Origin: Vulcanimicrobiota bacterium
GTDB lineage: Bacteria; Vulcanimicrobiota; Xenobia; Xenobiales; JADMJV01
Reading direction: 5' to 3'
DNA length: 64,000 nt
NCBI GenBank assembly: GCA_050250895.1
Contig: JBFWNU010000001.1
Span: 352,001 to 416,000, forward strand
The position numbers were made by a program, and so were the translations under genes. This document shows, in pieces, positions 9,894-19,728 of the stretch. The notes beneath the pieces were generated by a model. That model saw only the letters and a list, made by a program, of their open reading frames with translations, did not search any database and was not told the origin of the DNA. Position 1 is the first letter of the stretch, and the number at the start of each line of letters is the position of its first letter.

Positions 9894-10687
9894 CCTTCCT
9901 TGAACGCTTAGAGGGCTCGGCGCGAGCCACCGGCAATCTGCTCTGCCTGGGTCTTGACCCGGTGCCCGAGCGTATCGAGCCGCTCGGAGTCGACATCGAG
10001 ACTTTTCTCGAGCGCATCCTCGAACGACTCGAGGGCGAAGAGTGTCTGCCTTCGACCCTCAAGCCAAACCTGGCCTATTTTGAACAATTCGGCTCGAAGG
10101 GTTGGGCCATGCTCGAGCGCCTGCTCGAGGGCTGGTCCTCGAAATGCCTGATCATTGCCGACGCCAAACGCGGCGACATCGGTCGTTCCAGCGAGGCCTA
10201 CGCCCGAGCCATGTTCGAGCACCTGAAGGCCGACGCGGTCACCGTCTCGCCGTGGATGGGAGCCGACTCGATAGCTCCTTTCCTAGCACGGGCTCCTCAG
10301 CGAGGCACCTACCTGCTGGTGCGCACCTCGAACCCCGGTCACGCCGATCTGCAGGCGGCTACCTGGCAAAGTCTGGCCACGCGGGTGCGCGAATGGAAGG
10401 CGGGCGCGGTCGTGGGAGCCACCTCGGTGGAGGATCTAGCCCGAGCTGTCGAGTTGCTGGGCCCCGAGGTACCGCTTCTAATTCCCGGCGTGGGAACTCA
10501 GGGCGGCGAGGCCACGGCCGTCATGCAGGCTTTGGGCGCCGAGCCCTGGCGCCATCGGGTCAACGTCTCGTCCGCCATTCTCTATGCCTATGAGCAGCAC
10601 CCAGAACTCGACTTTTCGGCTGCCGCCAGCCGGGCCGCCAAAGCCTACGCGAAAAGCCTTAGCCCCCACCGCCCCCACAACCACTAG
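9890..10687 (+). CDS. pyrF: Orotidine-5'-phosphate decarboxylase
   Basis: LCLGLDP, KPNLAYFE, DAKRGDIG, RTSNPG and PGVGTQGG motifs. Confidence 0.95.
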   Translation: MTFLERLEGSARATGNLLCLGLDPVPERIEPLGVDIETFLERILERLEGEECLPSTLKPNLAYFEQFGSKGWAMLERLLEGWSSKCLIIADAKRGDIGRSSEAYARAMFEHLKADAVTVSPWMGADSIAPFLARAPQRGTYLLVRTSNPGHADLQAATWQSLATRVREWKAGAVVGATSVEDLARAVELLGPEVPLLIPGVGTQGGEATAVMQALGAEPWRHRVNVSSAILYAYEQHPELDFSAAASRAAKAYAKSLSPHRPHNH

Positions 10688-11567
10688 CAGTATCGGGATA
10701 AGGAGTGACCGAGGCCTCGGGCACGATGGTGTTGACCGGGGTCACGCCAGCGCTGGTGACATCGTAGACATACCACCAGTCGTCGTTACTTCCGGTGGTG
10801 GGAGCCACCTGAGTGTCCACCAGGCCGTTGACGTCAAAGACCTGCACCTGAGCGTTCGAGCCGACCAGCGTTCCCGTGCCCGAGAAGCGATTGACCGCAT
10901 AGCGATAAGTGCCGGGGCTAAAGCCTGTGATGGTGATGACTTCTGGTCCGAAGCTGCTGGTGTCGTCGATGTCCAGCGAGGCGTTGGGACAACTGGTCAA
11001 AGAGCCCTTCCTCGAAAAGAAGACATGAAAAGGCATCGTCGAGGGCAGCCACAGATGCGAATCGAGGTCGCGGGGCTCGCTGCCCCAGGTCAGCACGAAA
11101 CGAAGCTGCCCCGGAAGCAGAGGCTGCAGCCCGGTCAGCGGGTCACTCAAGTTGGCCACGATGCTGGTAACCTGCCCGACCAAAATGGTGGCTGTGGTCT
11201 GAAAGTTGCCGATGGGTTGTCCGCTATTGTCGAGGGCCGTCACCAAAATCAGAAAGGTGCCGGCCGGAACGTCGAGCACGTTCACGGTGACCGTCTGGCT
11301 GTTGGCGGGGCGGCTGACCCGAGTCTGCGGAATGACCGGCTGATTGGGAGTGGTGGTGGTCAACACATCGACGGCCACGCTCTCGGTGGTGCCCTGGGCC
11401 AGCACCTGTTCAGAGCGCGGCAGGGCCGAGAAGTCTACCCGCAGACTCAAGTTCGTGCGCGGTACCTGACCGGTCGAGGAGGGACTGCCCCCGGCCACGC
11501 CCTCGCCCCCACCACACGCAACTAGCGCCAACAGGCACAAGACGACTACTACTTGTCGCATCGACAC
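10659..11567 (-). CDS. Lipoprotein with DUF2135/YfaP-like C-terminal domain
   Basis: Lipobox LALVAC; LTW...DLDSH and LDIDDTSSFGPEVI motifs. Confidence 0.75.
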   Translation of the reverse strand: MSMRQVVVVLCLLALVACGGGEGVAGGSPSSTGQVPRTNLSLRVDFSALPRSEQVLAQGTTESVAVDVLTTTTPNQPVIPQTRVSRPANSQTVTVNVLDVPAGTFLILVTALDNSGQPIGNFQTTATILVGQVTSIVANLSDPLTGLQPLLPGQLRFVLTWGSEPRDLDSHLWLPSTMPFHVFFSRKGSLTSCPNASLDIDDTSSFGPEVITITGFSPGTYRYAVNRFSGTGTLVGSNAQVQVFDVNGLVDTQVAPTTGSNDDWWYVYDVTSAGVTPVNTIVPEASVTPYPDTASGCGGGGG

Positions 11568-11677
11568 ACTCCCACAGTTTGATTTGGGCCACGTTACCCT
11601 AGCTGACGGCCACCGTCAAGCGTTGCCGGAAGGTTCCTGGCGCAGGGCTGTCCCCTGACGTCTCGAAGCTTGCCCGA

Positions 11678-12778
11678 ATGCGGTTGCTGCATACCTCCGA
11701 CTGGCATCTGGGCAAAGTGTTCCATGGCTCGTCGTTGCTTGAAGATCAGGCCTACATCCTCGACCAGATCGTCTCGCTGATTCGCGATCTCAAGGTCAAG
11801 GTGATGGTGGTCAGCGGTGATGTCTTCGACCGTTCCACTCCGACGCCCGACTCGGTCCGCGTGCTCGAGCAGGTGTTGTCGACCATCATCCTCGATCTCA
11901 AGTGCCAGGTGGTTTTGATGGAGGGCCAGCATGACCGGCTCGAGCGGCTGGGGTTTGCCTCGCGGCTGCTGCGCGAGCGCGGCCTGCACGTCATCTCCAC
12001 CCTGGCCCAATGCCTGACTCCCCTGACCATCGAAGAGGTCGACCTCTGGACCGTGCCCTATCTCGAAGCCAAGACGGTGCGAGCCTTCACCCGGCGCGAG
12101 GAGGTGCACGACTCGCTGGCCGCCTGTCGAGTGATGCTAGAGCACATCCATACCCTGCTACCGAAGAAGTCCCCCCGGCGCGCCCTCTTCTGTTACGGCC
12201 TGGTCGAGGGCATCGAACCGGCCGGTTCGGAGCGACGCCTCGCTCCCGCTTCCACACCCGCGCTCTCCCGCAAGCTGCTCGAACCCTTCCTCTACAGTGG
12301 CCTGGGCTACGTTCACCACCCTCTCGAACTGAAGGCCTCGAGTGTTCGCTACGCCGGCTCTCCGCTCAAGTATTCGTTTGCCGAGGCCAACGCCAACAAA
12401 TCGATCGTAGTGGCCGACTTCACCTCGGACGCCGTCCGGGTGGAACTCTTTCCGCTCAGTCCACGACGCGAAGTGCGGCGATTGGAGGGAACGGTCAAGA
12501 AGTTGCTCACCGGGGCTCACGGTGGGGCCCGCGGCGACTATATCGCCCTGATCAGCACCGACCGCGAATTGACCGTCGACGAGGCCGACGAGATGCGCGA
12601 GCGTTTTCCCAATCTGCTTCACATCGAGGGCCCGCCGCCGGACCATCACGATTGGGATCTGCGCCGTCTTGATCCGGTCCATCTCTTCGGACAGTTCTTT
12701 CGCGAGGTCACCGGCGCCGAACTCGAACCCGACCAGCGTGAGGTCATCCATCAGTTGGCTCAAAGCGAGGACGAGTGA
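11678..12778 (+). CDS. sbcD: SbcD/Mre11-family metallophosphoesterase with degenerate active site
   Basis: HTSDWHLG, SGDVFD and RYAGSPLKYSF present; GNHD is GQHD and GHLH is GYVH; overlaps sbcC. Confidence 0.9.
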   Translation: MRLLHTSDWHLGKVFHGSSLLEDQAYILDQIVSLIRDLKVKVMVVSGDVFDRSTPTPDSVRVLEQVLSTIILDLKCQVVLMEGQHDRLERLGFASRLLRERGLHVISTLAQCLTPLTIEEVDLWTVPYLEAKTVRAFTRREEVHDSLAACRVMLEHIHTLLPKKSPRRALFCYGLVEGIEPAGSERRLAPASTPALSRKLLEPFLYSGLGYVHHPLELKASSVRYAGSPLKYSFAEANANKSIVVADFTSDAVRVELFPLSPRREVRRLEGTVKKLLTGAHGGARGDYIALISTDRELTVDEADEMRERFPNLLHIEGPPPDHHDWDLRRLDPVHLFGQFFREVTGAELEPDQREVIHQLAQSEDE

Positions 12779-15700
12779 GGCCCCTTCGACTCGAAATGCA
12801 AGCCTTCGGACCCTATGCCCAACGGCAGGTGCTGGACTTTCGGTTGCTGCGGGGACGGAGCCTGTTCGTCATCCACGGACCGATCGGGGCCGGCAAGACC
12901 TCGATTCTAGACGCCATCTGCTTTGCTCTTTACGGAGTCTCTTCGGGCGGCGAACGGAGCGGCGACCAGCTGCGGTCGAGCCAGGTGGCGGCCAGCGTTG
13001 TTTGTCGCTGCATTCTCGACTTCGAAGTGGGGGGCAAGGCCTATCGCGTCGAGCGGATGCCCGACCAGGAGCGACCCAAGAAAGTGGGCGAAGGAACCAC
13101 CCTCGAGCCCCGTTCGGCCACCCTGTGGGGCTTGCCCGAGGCGGGCGACCCTCGCGACGAAGACCTGGTGACCGGCAGCTGGAGCGGCGTCAATCGGGCC
13201 GTGGAGCGGCTTCTTGGGGTACGCAGTCACCAGTTCTGCCAGGCGGCCGTGCTGCCCCAGGGCCAGTTTCGCCGGTTTCTGCTGGCCAATAACGAAGAAC
13301 GGGAAGAAATTCTGGCCACCCTGTTCGCCACTCGCCCACTGCTGGAGTTGCAAGAACGCCTGCGCCGCCGGGCCGAAGAAGGCAAGAACCAGCTCAAAGG
13401 CATCTGGAAGGCTCGCGAAGCCCTGGTGGTGGAAGCCGAAGTGGCCGGGGCCGACGATTTCTATGGCGAGCTCGAAGACAGCCAGGAACTGTTGCGCATC
13501 ACCGAGAGCGCTATTACCGAGCTGGAAAATTCTCAAGAACAGATGGCCGAGGCCATCGAGCGAGCGACCCTCTTTCGCTCGCTCTCGGAAGAGCGCGAAC
13601 ACGCCAGTCGCGACCTGCGACTGCTAGAAGCGCAGCCAGACCAGCGCCAGAACCTCAAACGAGCCCGCAAGGCCCACGAACTGCTTCCCTATCGCGAAGA
13701 ACTCGAGCGCAGTCGCAAAGAGGTGGCTCGTTGCGAGGCCGAGTTGCTCGAGTCGCGCGAAGCCTTGCGCGAGGCTCGTCAACAGCGTGAGGGGTTAGAC
13801 GCCACGCTGGCGGCCGCCCACGAGCGCGAAGAGGAGCGCTTCGAACTCAAGCACCTGTTAGAGCGACTCGAGACAGCTGGCCAGGAGTTCGAGGAACTCG
13901 AAGACCTGGAGAATCGTCTGGCCGAGCAGCAACAAGAGGTCATCGCGCTGAGCGAGCGCCGTGACCAGCTGCAGGCCGCTCTGGCCCTGGGCACCCGCAA
14001 GCTCAAGACCGCCGACAAGCGACTCCACGACTCGGCCACCGCCCGCGCCGACGCCAAGACCCTGCGGTTGGAACTAGAGCAATCCCGTCGCCAGCTGCGC
14101 CAGGTCGAGCAATATGAAAAACTCACCGCCAGTCTGGCTAACCTGCGCGTCACCATCGAAAAGCTGGATCATCGCCAGGAGACCCTCGAAGAGCGGGTGG
14201 TCGAGATTACCGGCGAGGTAGCCGAACTCGAACAAGAGCGCCTGCGCACGCTGGCCTGGCAGCTGGCCGAAACGCTGGTGTCCGGAGCCCCCTGCCCGGT
14301 GTGCGGCTCACAGGAGCACCCCCAGCCTTGTCAGCGCCACGAAATGGAGGAGCTGTCCGAGACCCGCCTCGAGCATCGCCAGGCCCAGTTGGGCAAAGCC
14401 CAGGGAATGCTGGCTCGCCATCTGCGCGAGAAGGCTGACCAGGTGCTGTTGATGGCCCGTCTGGAGGAGCGCCTGGAAGGCCTGCAAGAGGAGTTCGACC
14501 CCGACCTGGACTGGGAGGCACTCAACAAACAGGTCACCGAAGCAACCCAGCAACTGAAGTATCTCGAGCAACTGGTCAGCCAGCGGCCCAAGCTGCTGGA
14601 CACCCTCGACCGTCTCAAGAAACGCCAGGCCCAGATCGAGGCCAAATTGACCGAGCTTGCTCCCCGTTTGCGCCAGGCCGAAAAAGAACGCGACCGGACC
14701 GAGGGAGCCGTGCTCAGCCGGCGCGAGAAGCTCGACGAAGAGTTTGCCAACATCGACTCGATCGAAGAATCTCAGCAGCTTGCCCGACAGCGTCTGGCTG
14801 AACTCGAGGCGATGCCCACCCCCAGTGCCCAGGCCGAGATCCTGGCGTCGGTCTATGCCGAGCAGCTGGCCGAGACCCGAGCCCGCGAGCTGGCCCTCGA
14901 AACCGCGCTGGGAAGGGTGCGCGAGCTGTTCGACCAATTCAGCGACCGGCTCGAGGCGGCGGGCTTTGTGGATGAGGTCGACCTGATGAGCTGCCTGGGC
15001 GAGTCGGGTTCAGACCCTACCTCGGACCTGCAAGAACTCGAGGCGCGCCTCGAGGCCGCCCGCGAGCGCCTCGATCGGGCCGAGACTGCCCTGCACAAAT
15101 CGGTCGAGCCGGCCGACGACCTGCACCGTCTGCGCGCTCGCCGCGAGACCAGTCGCGAGGAGCTGCGCGAGCGGATGACCCAGAAGGCCGAGTTGGAGAA
15201 CAAAATCCGCCGGCTGGAAGAGTCGGTGAAGCAATACAATGACCTGGTGGCCCAGATTCAAAAGCTGGATCCCGAAGTGGCTCGCCTGCGCAAACTGGCC
15301 CGGGTGGCCCGGGGCGACAACAAACCCAAGCTCAGCTTTCATGCCTATCTGCTGGCTCGATTATTCGGACGCGTGCTGGCCTCGGCCAACGGTCGCCTGG
15401 CTTTGCTCACGCGGGGCCGCTATCGGCTGATGTCCGACCCCAAGGGCTTCGGCCTCGAGATTTACGACCGCAACAGCGGGGCCAACCGCTCGGTGACCAC
15501 CCTTTCCGGAGGCGAGAGCTTTCTGGCCTCGTTGGCCCTGGCCCTGGGGCTGGCCGACACCGTGCGGGCCAGCGACGGCGAAGCTCGCCTGGAGACGATG
15601 TTCATCGATGAAGGCTTCGGCAACCTCGACACCGAGTCGCTGGAACTGGCCATTCAGGCCCTGATGGCGCTCGAGGAAGAGGGCCGCTTGATCGGGGTCA

Positions 15701-15795
15701 TCTCGCATGTCGACCAGCTCAACGAGCGCATCGACGCCCGCCTGGAAGTGCGGCCCGGCCCCCGCGGCAGCCGGGCCGAGATCATCCTCGACTAA
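12775..15795 (+). CDS. sbcC: SbcC/Rad50 SMC-family ATPase
   Basis: Walker A GPIGAGKTS, Q-loop LPQGQF, Zn hook CPVC, LSGGE, Walker B FIDEGFG, GVISH. Confidence 0.95.
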   Translation: MRPLRLEMQAFGPYAQRQVLDFRLLRGRSLFVIHGPIGAGKTSILDAICFALYGVSSGGERSGDQLRSSQVAASVVCRCILDFEVGGKAYRVERMPDQERPKKVGEGTTLEPRSATLWGLPEAGDPRDEDLVTGSWSGVNRAVERLLGVRSHQFCQAAVLPQGQFRRFLLANNEEREEILATLFATRPLLELQERLRRRAEEGKNQLKGIWKAREALVVEAEVAGADDFYGELEDSQELLRITESAITELENSQEQMAEAIERATLFRSLSEEREHASRDLRLLEAQPDQRQNLKRARKAHELLPYREELERSRKEVARCEAELLESREALREARQQREGLDATLAAAHEREEERFELKHLLERLETAGQEFEELEDLENRLAEQQQEVIALSERRDQLQAALALGTRKLKTADKRLHDSATARADAKTLRLELEQSRRQLRQVEQYEKLTASLANLRVTIEKLDHRQETLEERVVEITGEVAELEQERLRTLAWQLAETLVSGAPCPVCGSQEHPQPCQRHEMEELSETRLEHRQAQLGKAQGMLARHLREKADQVLLMARLEERLEGLQEEFDPDLDWEALNKQVTEATQQLKYLEQLVSQRPKLLDTLDRLKKRQAQIEAKLTELAPRLRQAEKERDRTEGAVLSRREKLDEEFANIDSIEESQQLARQRLAELEAMPTPSAQAEILASVYAEQLAETRARELALETALGRVRELFDQFSDRLEAAGFVDEVDLMSCLGESGSDPTSDLQELEARLEAARERLDRAETALHKSVEPADDLHRLRARRETSREELRERMTQKAELENKIRRLEESVKQYNDLVAQIQKLDPEVARLRKLARVARGDNKPKLSFHAYLLARLFGRVLASANGRLALLTRGRYRLMSDPKGFGLEIYDRNSGANRSVTTLSGGESFLASLALALGLADTVRASDGEARLETMFIDEGFGNLDTESLELAIQALMALEEEGRLIGVISHVDQLNERIDARLEVRPGPRGSRAEIILD

Positions 15796-16258
15796 AACCG
15801 GGGTAGGCGCTCGAATGGGAAACCGCGGGGATCCGCGGGGGGCGCGAAGGAGTGGCGCACAGGCGTCGGCCCTTCACGAAACGTGGGCGCAGGTTAGATC
15901 GAACACGGAGAACCGGAGAGCACGGAGGGGGTTGCAGGTTTTGGGGAGTATGCTTCTAACGATTCTTATGGCTGACGCCGGTGCGGCTGAAAGGTCGTTC
16001 CACCGTAGGTTTTGATCGGCAACCTCCGAGCACCAAGCTTTTGGAGGTAGCCGCCGCTGGCGCCTCCCCAGTCCGTGGTCACGACTCAAGCGCGCACATC
16101 CAGGTCCAACGTTGCCCCCGCGTATACTGCCAGGGTGCGCTCGCCTTGCGGTCAGTAGCGGTTCTGGAATCAACCCGGCAGTGGAGAGCCCAGACCCCCA
16201 GGCGGACATACCCAGGTCGGCCAGGTTAACGCCCGGCGAAACCGCCGAGATCAGAGAT

Positions 16259-16517
16259 TCAGTCGAGGTTGCCTGAGGAGAGACGCTTCAGGAATTCCTC
16301 CGACGAGGCGACCTCGGCGGCGGCCACCATGACCGAAGAGAGCTGGGTGTCATCTTCCAGCGCCTCGACCGCTCTCCGAACATCGGGTGGAATGGGTCCA
16401 AATCGTTTCTCGAGAATTTTGATGGCTGACTCACGCATCGCCTGGCGCCCCCGCTCGAGTCCCTCTCGAAGACCCTTGTTCCAGGCCCCGCTCGAACCAG
16501 CTGTTGGTGACTTTCAT
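16259..16517 (-). pseudogene. Frameshifted Rpn/DUF4351-like C-terminal fragment
   Basis: MKVTNSWFERGLEQG then +1 frame LREGLERGRQAMRESAIKILEKRFGPIPPDVRRAVEALEDDTQLSSVMVAAAEVASSEEFLKRL*. Confidence 0.7.
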
Positions 16518-16570
16518 TAGATACGATTCTACAAAGTGAGCTATGTAGAAAGAGCGAGCTTTGTCCTTAT

Positions 16571-16781
16571 TCTCGCTGAGGGGGTCGCTGAGCCGTCGCC
16601 CCCCGGGCGCACTCCTTGCGCGCGCAGTTATATCAGCTTCGACGTGGTCTGAGAACTGCGCCCGAGCGCCTTTCAGTCACGCCTGCGCCCTTCACCGTTG
16701 CAGTGCTTGCCCACGTCCCGCGGCGCTGGCGAGAGCGCCCTTTGGGCAAAGGACGCGCCAGCGCCCCGGTGGCGTTTCAGT
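16571..16781. repeat. Structured ~210-bp repeat, copy A
   Basis: Highly similar to 19729-19937; several inverted repeats; abuts the stop of immunity gene 1. Confidence 0.9.
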
Positions 16782-16784
16782 CTG

Positions 16785-17153
16785 TCAGCCGCCGAGCTGC
16801 TGACTAGAAACCCGAATGACGCCGAACCTTCGCCATAGGTCTTCAAGGCTTTCCGACCATAGGGAATCCTGATCGTAGAAGTCTTCACTCAGTTGGACTA
16901 GCCCCCAACAAAGGTCGCGTGGAGGCTTCCCTTGACAATGCTTTGAGAAAGCGATTCCCTCCCGGTCGTCAAATCTGGCGATGATCCAGCAAGGGCAGTC
17001 CGGTTCCTCCGGTGGGTCGGAATCAAAATCACAGAAACGCATCTGCAATAGGGGCTCGATCAAGAGACTTTCAAGCTGAGTTCTGTAGGTCCGATCTCGG
17101 AAAAGCTCCAGTTGACTCTGTAGTATTTCTTTGACTTCTGATGAAGATAGCAT
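16785..17153 (-). CDS. Putative immunity protein for Rhs module 1
   Basis: 122 aa, starts immediately after the toxin stop, lower GC; EP..R..D, PCW, GIA and WGLV pattern. Confidence 0.7.
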   Translation of the reverse strand: MLSSSEVKEILQSQLELFRDRTYRTQLESLLIEPLLQMRFCDFDSDPPEEPDCPCWIIARFDDREGIAFSKHCQGKPPRDLCWGLVQLSEDFYDQDSLWSESLEDLWRRFGVIRVSSQQLGG

Positions 17154-18366
17154 TTATGGCGTCCTTCCAAATGCGCGGTTAAAGAGAACCTCTTCCTGAC
17201 GCGTCACGGGGTCGGAGAACTCGACGTAATGATGCAGCGGATCGGTCCAACTCGGCGAGTATATCACGTTGAACTGGCTCCTTAACAGGTTTCCTTTGGC
17301 TGTTCTAGCGTCGGGCCGGAAGCTCTGATCTCGAGCTGTGACCGATAGGCCGTGAATCATCATGTCGAAGATTCCGAATTTTTCCGACTGATTTTTCTTC
17401 GATTCTTGGTCTATGCTTTCGGCACTCTCCCATTCATTGCCATACCGGGTGAGGATCTCTTCGGAGTCGCAGCGGTGATCCTTGATCTTCCTCAGCGCTC
17501 GCTTCTTGTTCTTGCTCAACGGTTCACCCTTATAGACGCCAGCCTCAAGTGTCTTAGCTGCCCATTCTTGAGGTGTCATCAAGCGGAAATCCGAGGGCGC
17601 GAGGGTCATCGCCGCCACGCCGGCGACCACCGCTGCTGCCCCGAGTTTCACCACGCCTCTCGCGACGAGGGCGGCTCCGGGACCGTCGCCCAAAGGCAGC
17701 GGTCCATCTCCGGCGATCAGGAGAGCTCCAGCACCGATGTCCTCTCCTCCACTAATGGCGAGTTCCTTTGCAACGGCAGCCTCCCAGAGACCTGATGGGT
17801 CCACCCGATTGATGGGATTCAGACGGGCATATCCATACAAGTTCAACCCCCCAGCAAACCCGATGGGATCCCGGCTCAGGAACCTGGCCAAGGTCGGGTC
17901 GTAATGCCGCTGCCGCATGTAGAGCAGCCCCGTGTCGGCCGCGTCGTCGTGCACGCCCAGGCCCCCCACGTAGGTCTTCGGGCTATCCGAGTCGGAACTC
18001 GGGTCCTTAACCCCCCACTCGTCGTGGAGATAGTTGGAAGTCGCCCCGTTCGAGGCCCGGACCATCACCCGCACCGAGGACAGCCCATCGGTTAGAAAGT
18101 GGAAGAAGTCGCTACCCTTCTGGAAGCCCAGCAACTGCTGCCCCATCAGGTAGCTGAAGGCGTCCGAGCCGTCGACCTCGGAGACGGTAGGCAGCCCAGA
18201 GTAGAAGCTCTTGGGCTTCACCCCGGCGCGCGCACCTTCTTTTTGCTGCAGGTTGCCGGAGTTGACGGTGGTCGCGTCAGGTTTCACAACCAAGCGTCAG
18301 GCGGTCGAAGTCGCTCCAGAAGTAGTTCGTAGTTGCTCGCGTCCGGCTCGGGTCGAGGACCCTAAC
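17154..18366 (-). CDS. Orphan Rhs core fragment plus C-terminal toxin 1 (5' end decayed)
   Basis: YMRQRHYDP..RFLSRDPIG...NPINRVDPSGL cleavage motif followed by a variable domain; homology to module 2 continues across a frameshift to ~18366. Confidence 0.88.
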
Positions 18367-18628
18367 CCCCTCCGCGCACACGTGTGTCAAAAATTTTTCA
18401 GATGCGGCCGCCCAACCGCCTCGGAGGAGCCTCGCCCCTAGACTGCTCGTGATAGCCCCTCCAGGACCCCCTCAGGCATTTGAACAGCCGAGTTTGAAGA
18501 AATCTTCATTTTGGCCTCGAAAAGCTCGAATAATCATCACTCAGAAAACGCGCAAATGCTTGTAAAACAATGGATTGCTTCGCATCGAATCTTTGACGAA
18601 CAACGGGGGCAAAGGCTATCATGGACTT

Positions 18629-19687
18629 ATGATTACCGATCAAAAGCAACGCGAATTCTGGACCGTCGAAAACTTGAGCAAGCTTCCTCACGAGCGGCTG
18701 GAAAGGGTGATCCGTCGCCTGGCCAACACCCTGGCCCTGACTCGCATCCTGCTGGGGCGATGTCTATTGGCTATCGAGCGCACCGATTTTTGCGCCGAGA
18801 CCGGCTGCCATTCGGCTATCCACTTCGCCCGGCTAATCAAAGTTGAGAAGCGCGAGGCGCTAGATTCGATGCGGATCGCCGGCCATCTCGAAGAGCTGCC
18901 GCTGTTCTCCAAAGCCTGCGAAGAGAACCGAATCTGCTGGTCCAATCTGCGTGTGGTCACGCGCATCGTGACGCCCGAGACCGAAGAGGCCTGGCTTGAC
19001 CTGGCAGTGCGCCTCAAGCCTCATCGCCTGGCTCGTTTAGTGAGCGGAGCCAGCCGCGGTGACACTCCGGCCGAGGCGGCGCTGAATATGGTAGAAGAGG
19101 TCGAGCTTCGTTTTCGGGTGACTCCCGAGGTGTCCGAGCTGTGGTCGCGAGCGGTGACCGTAATCTCGAGAGACAATGGGGGTACGCTCAATCCGGCCGA
19201 GGCGTTCGAATGGATCCTGGCCGACTTTCTGGGTGGGCAGGTAGAGCAGCTCAAGGTTGAAGCCGGCCAGGAGCTGGCCGCTCCCGTCGAGGCGCTGGCA
19301 ATGCAGACACACGTGTGTCCGGGCGAGTCGAAGTTGCAATTGGCCGGACGGTTGAGGTTCAATCCCAGCAAGCGGCAGGCGACTGCCGCCCAGCGCCGGG
19401 CAGTGCTGCGGCGGGATGGCTATCGCTGCTCTTGTCCGGGTTGCCCCAACCGTCTCTGGCTCGATGTGCATCACGTGGTGTTCTACTGTCGGGGCGGACC
19501 GACGGTGCCCGAGAATCTGGTGGTGGTGTGCTCGCGCTGCCACAAGAACATCCACAAAGGGATCCTGCATGTGAGCGGGGTTGCTCCCCAGGAGCTGGTC
19601 TGGCGCGATCGTCGCGGCCGTGACCTCGAACGCCAGCGAGAGAGCGGGCTATTGGAATGGCTGCTGGAATGGGCTCGAGCTGGCTAA
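18629..19687 (+). CDS. HNH endonuclease (DUF222/13E12-like architecture)
   Basis: RRAVLRRDGYRCSCPGC...DVHHVV...GGPT..ENLVVVCSRCHKNIH; helical N-terminus; start may be 18575 or 18629. Confidence 0.85.
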   Translation: MITDQKQREFWTVENLSKLPHERLERVIRRLANTLALTRILLGRCLLAIERTDFCAETGCHSAIHFARLIKVEKREALDSMRIAGHLEELPLFSKACEENRICWSNLRVVTRIVTPETEEAWLDLAVRLKPHRLARLVSGASRGDTPAEAALNMVEEVELRFRVTPEVSELWSRAVTVISRDNGGTLNPAEAFEWILADFLGGQVEQLKVEAGQELAAPVEALAMQTHVCPGESKLQLAGRLRFNPSKRQATAAQRRAVLRRDGYRCSCPGCPNRLWLDVHHVVFYCRGGPTVPENLVVVCSRCHKNIHKGILHVSGVAPQELVWRDRRGRDLERQRESGLLEWLLEWARAG

Positions 19688-19728
19688 GTTGCGGCGACGG
19701 AGAAGTGACCCCCGATACTAGACCTTTC

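Noticed and set aside
16571-16781. Group II intron remnant or tRNA
   Set aside because: No domain V consensus beyond a chance GAGCCG, and no cloverleaf or T-loop.
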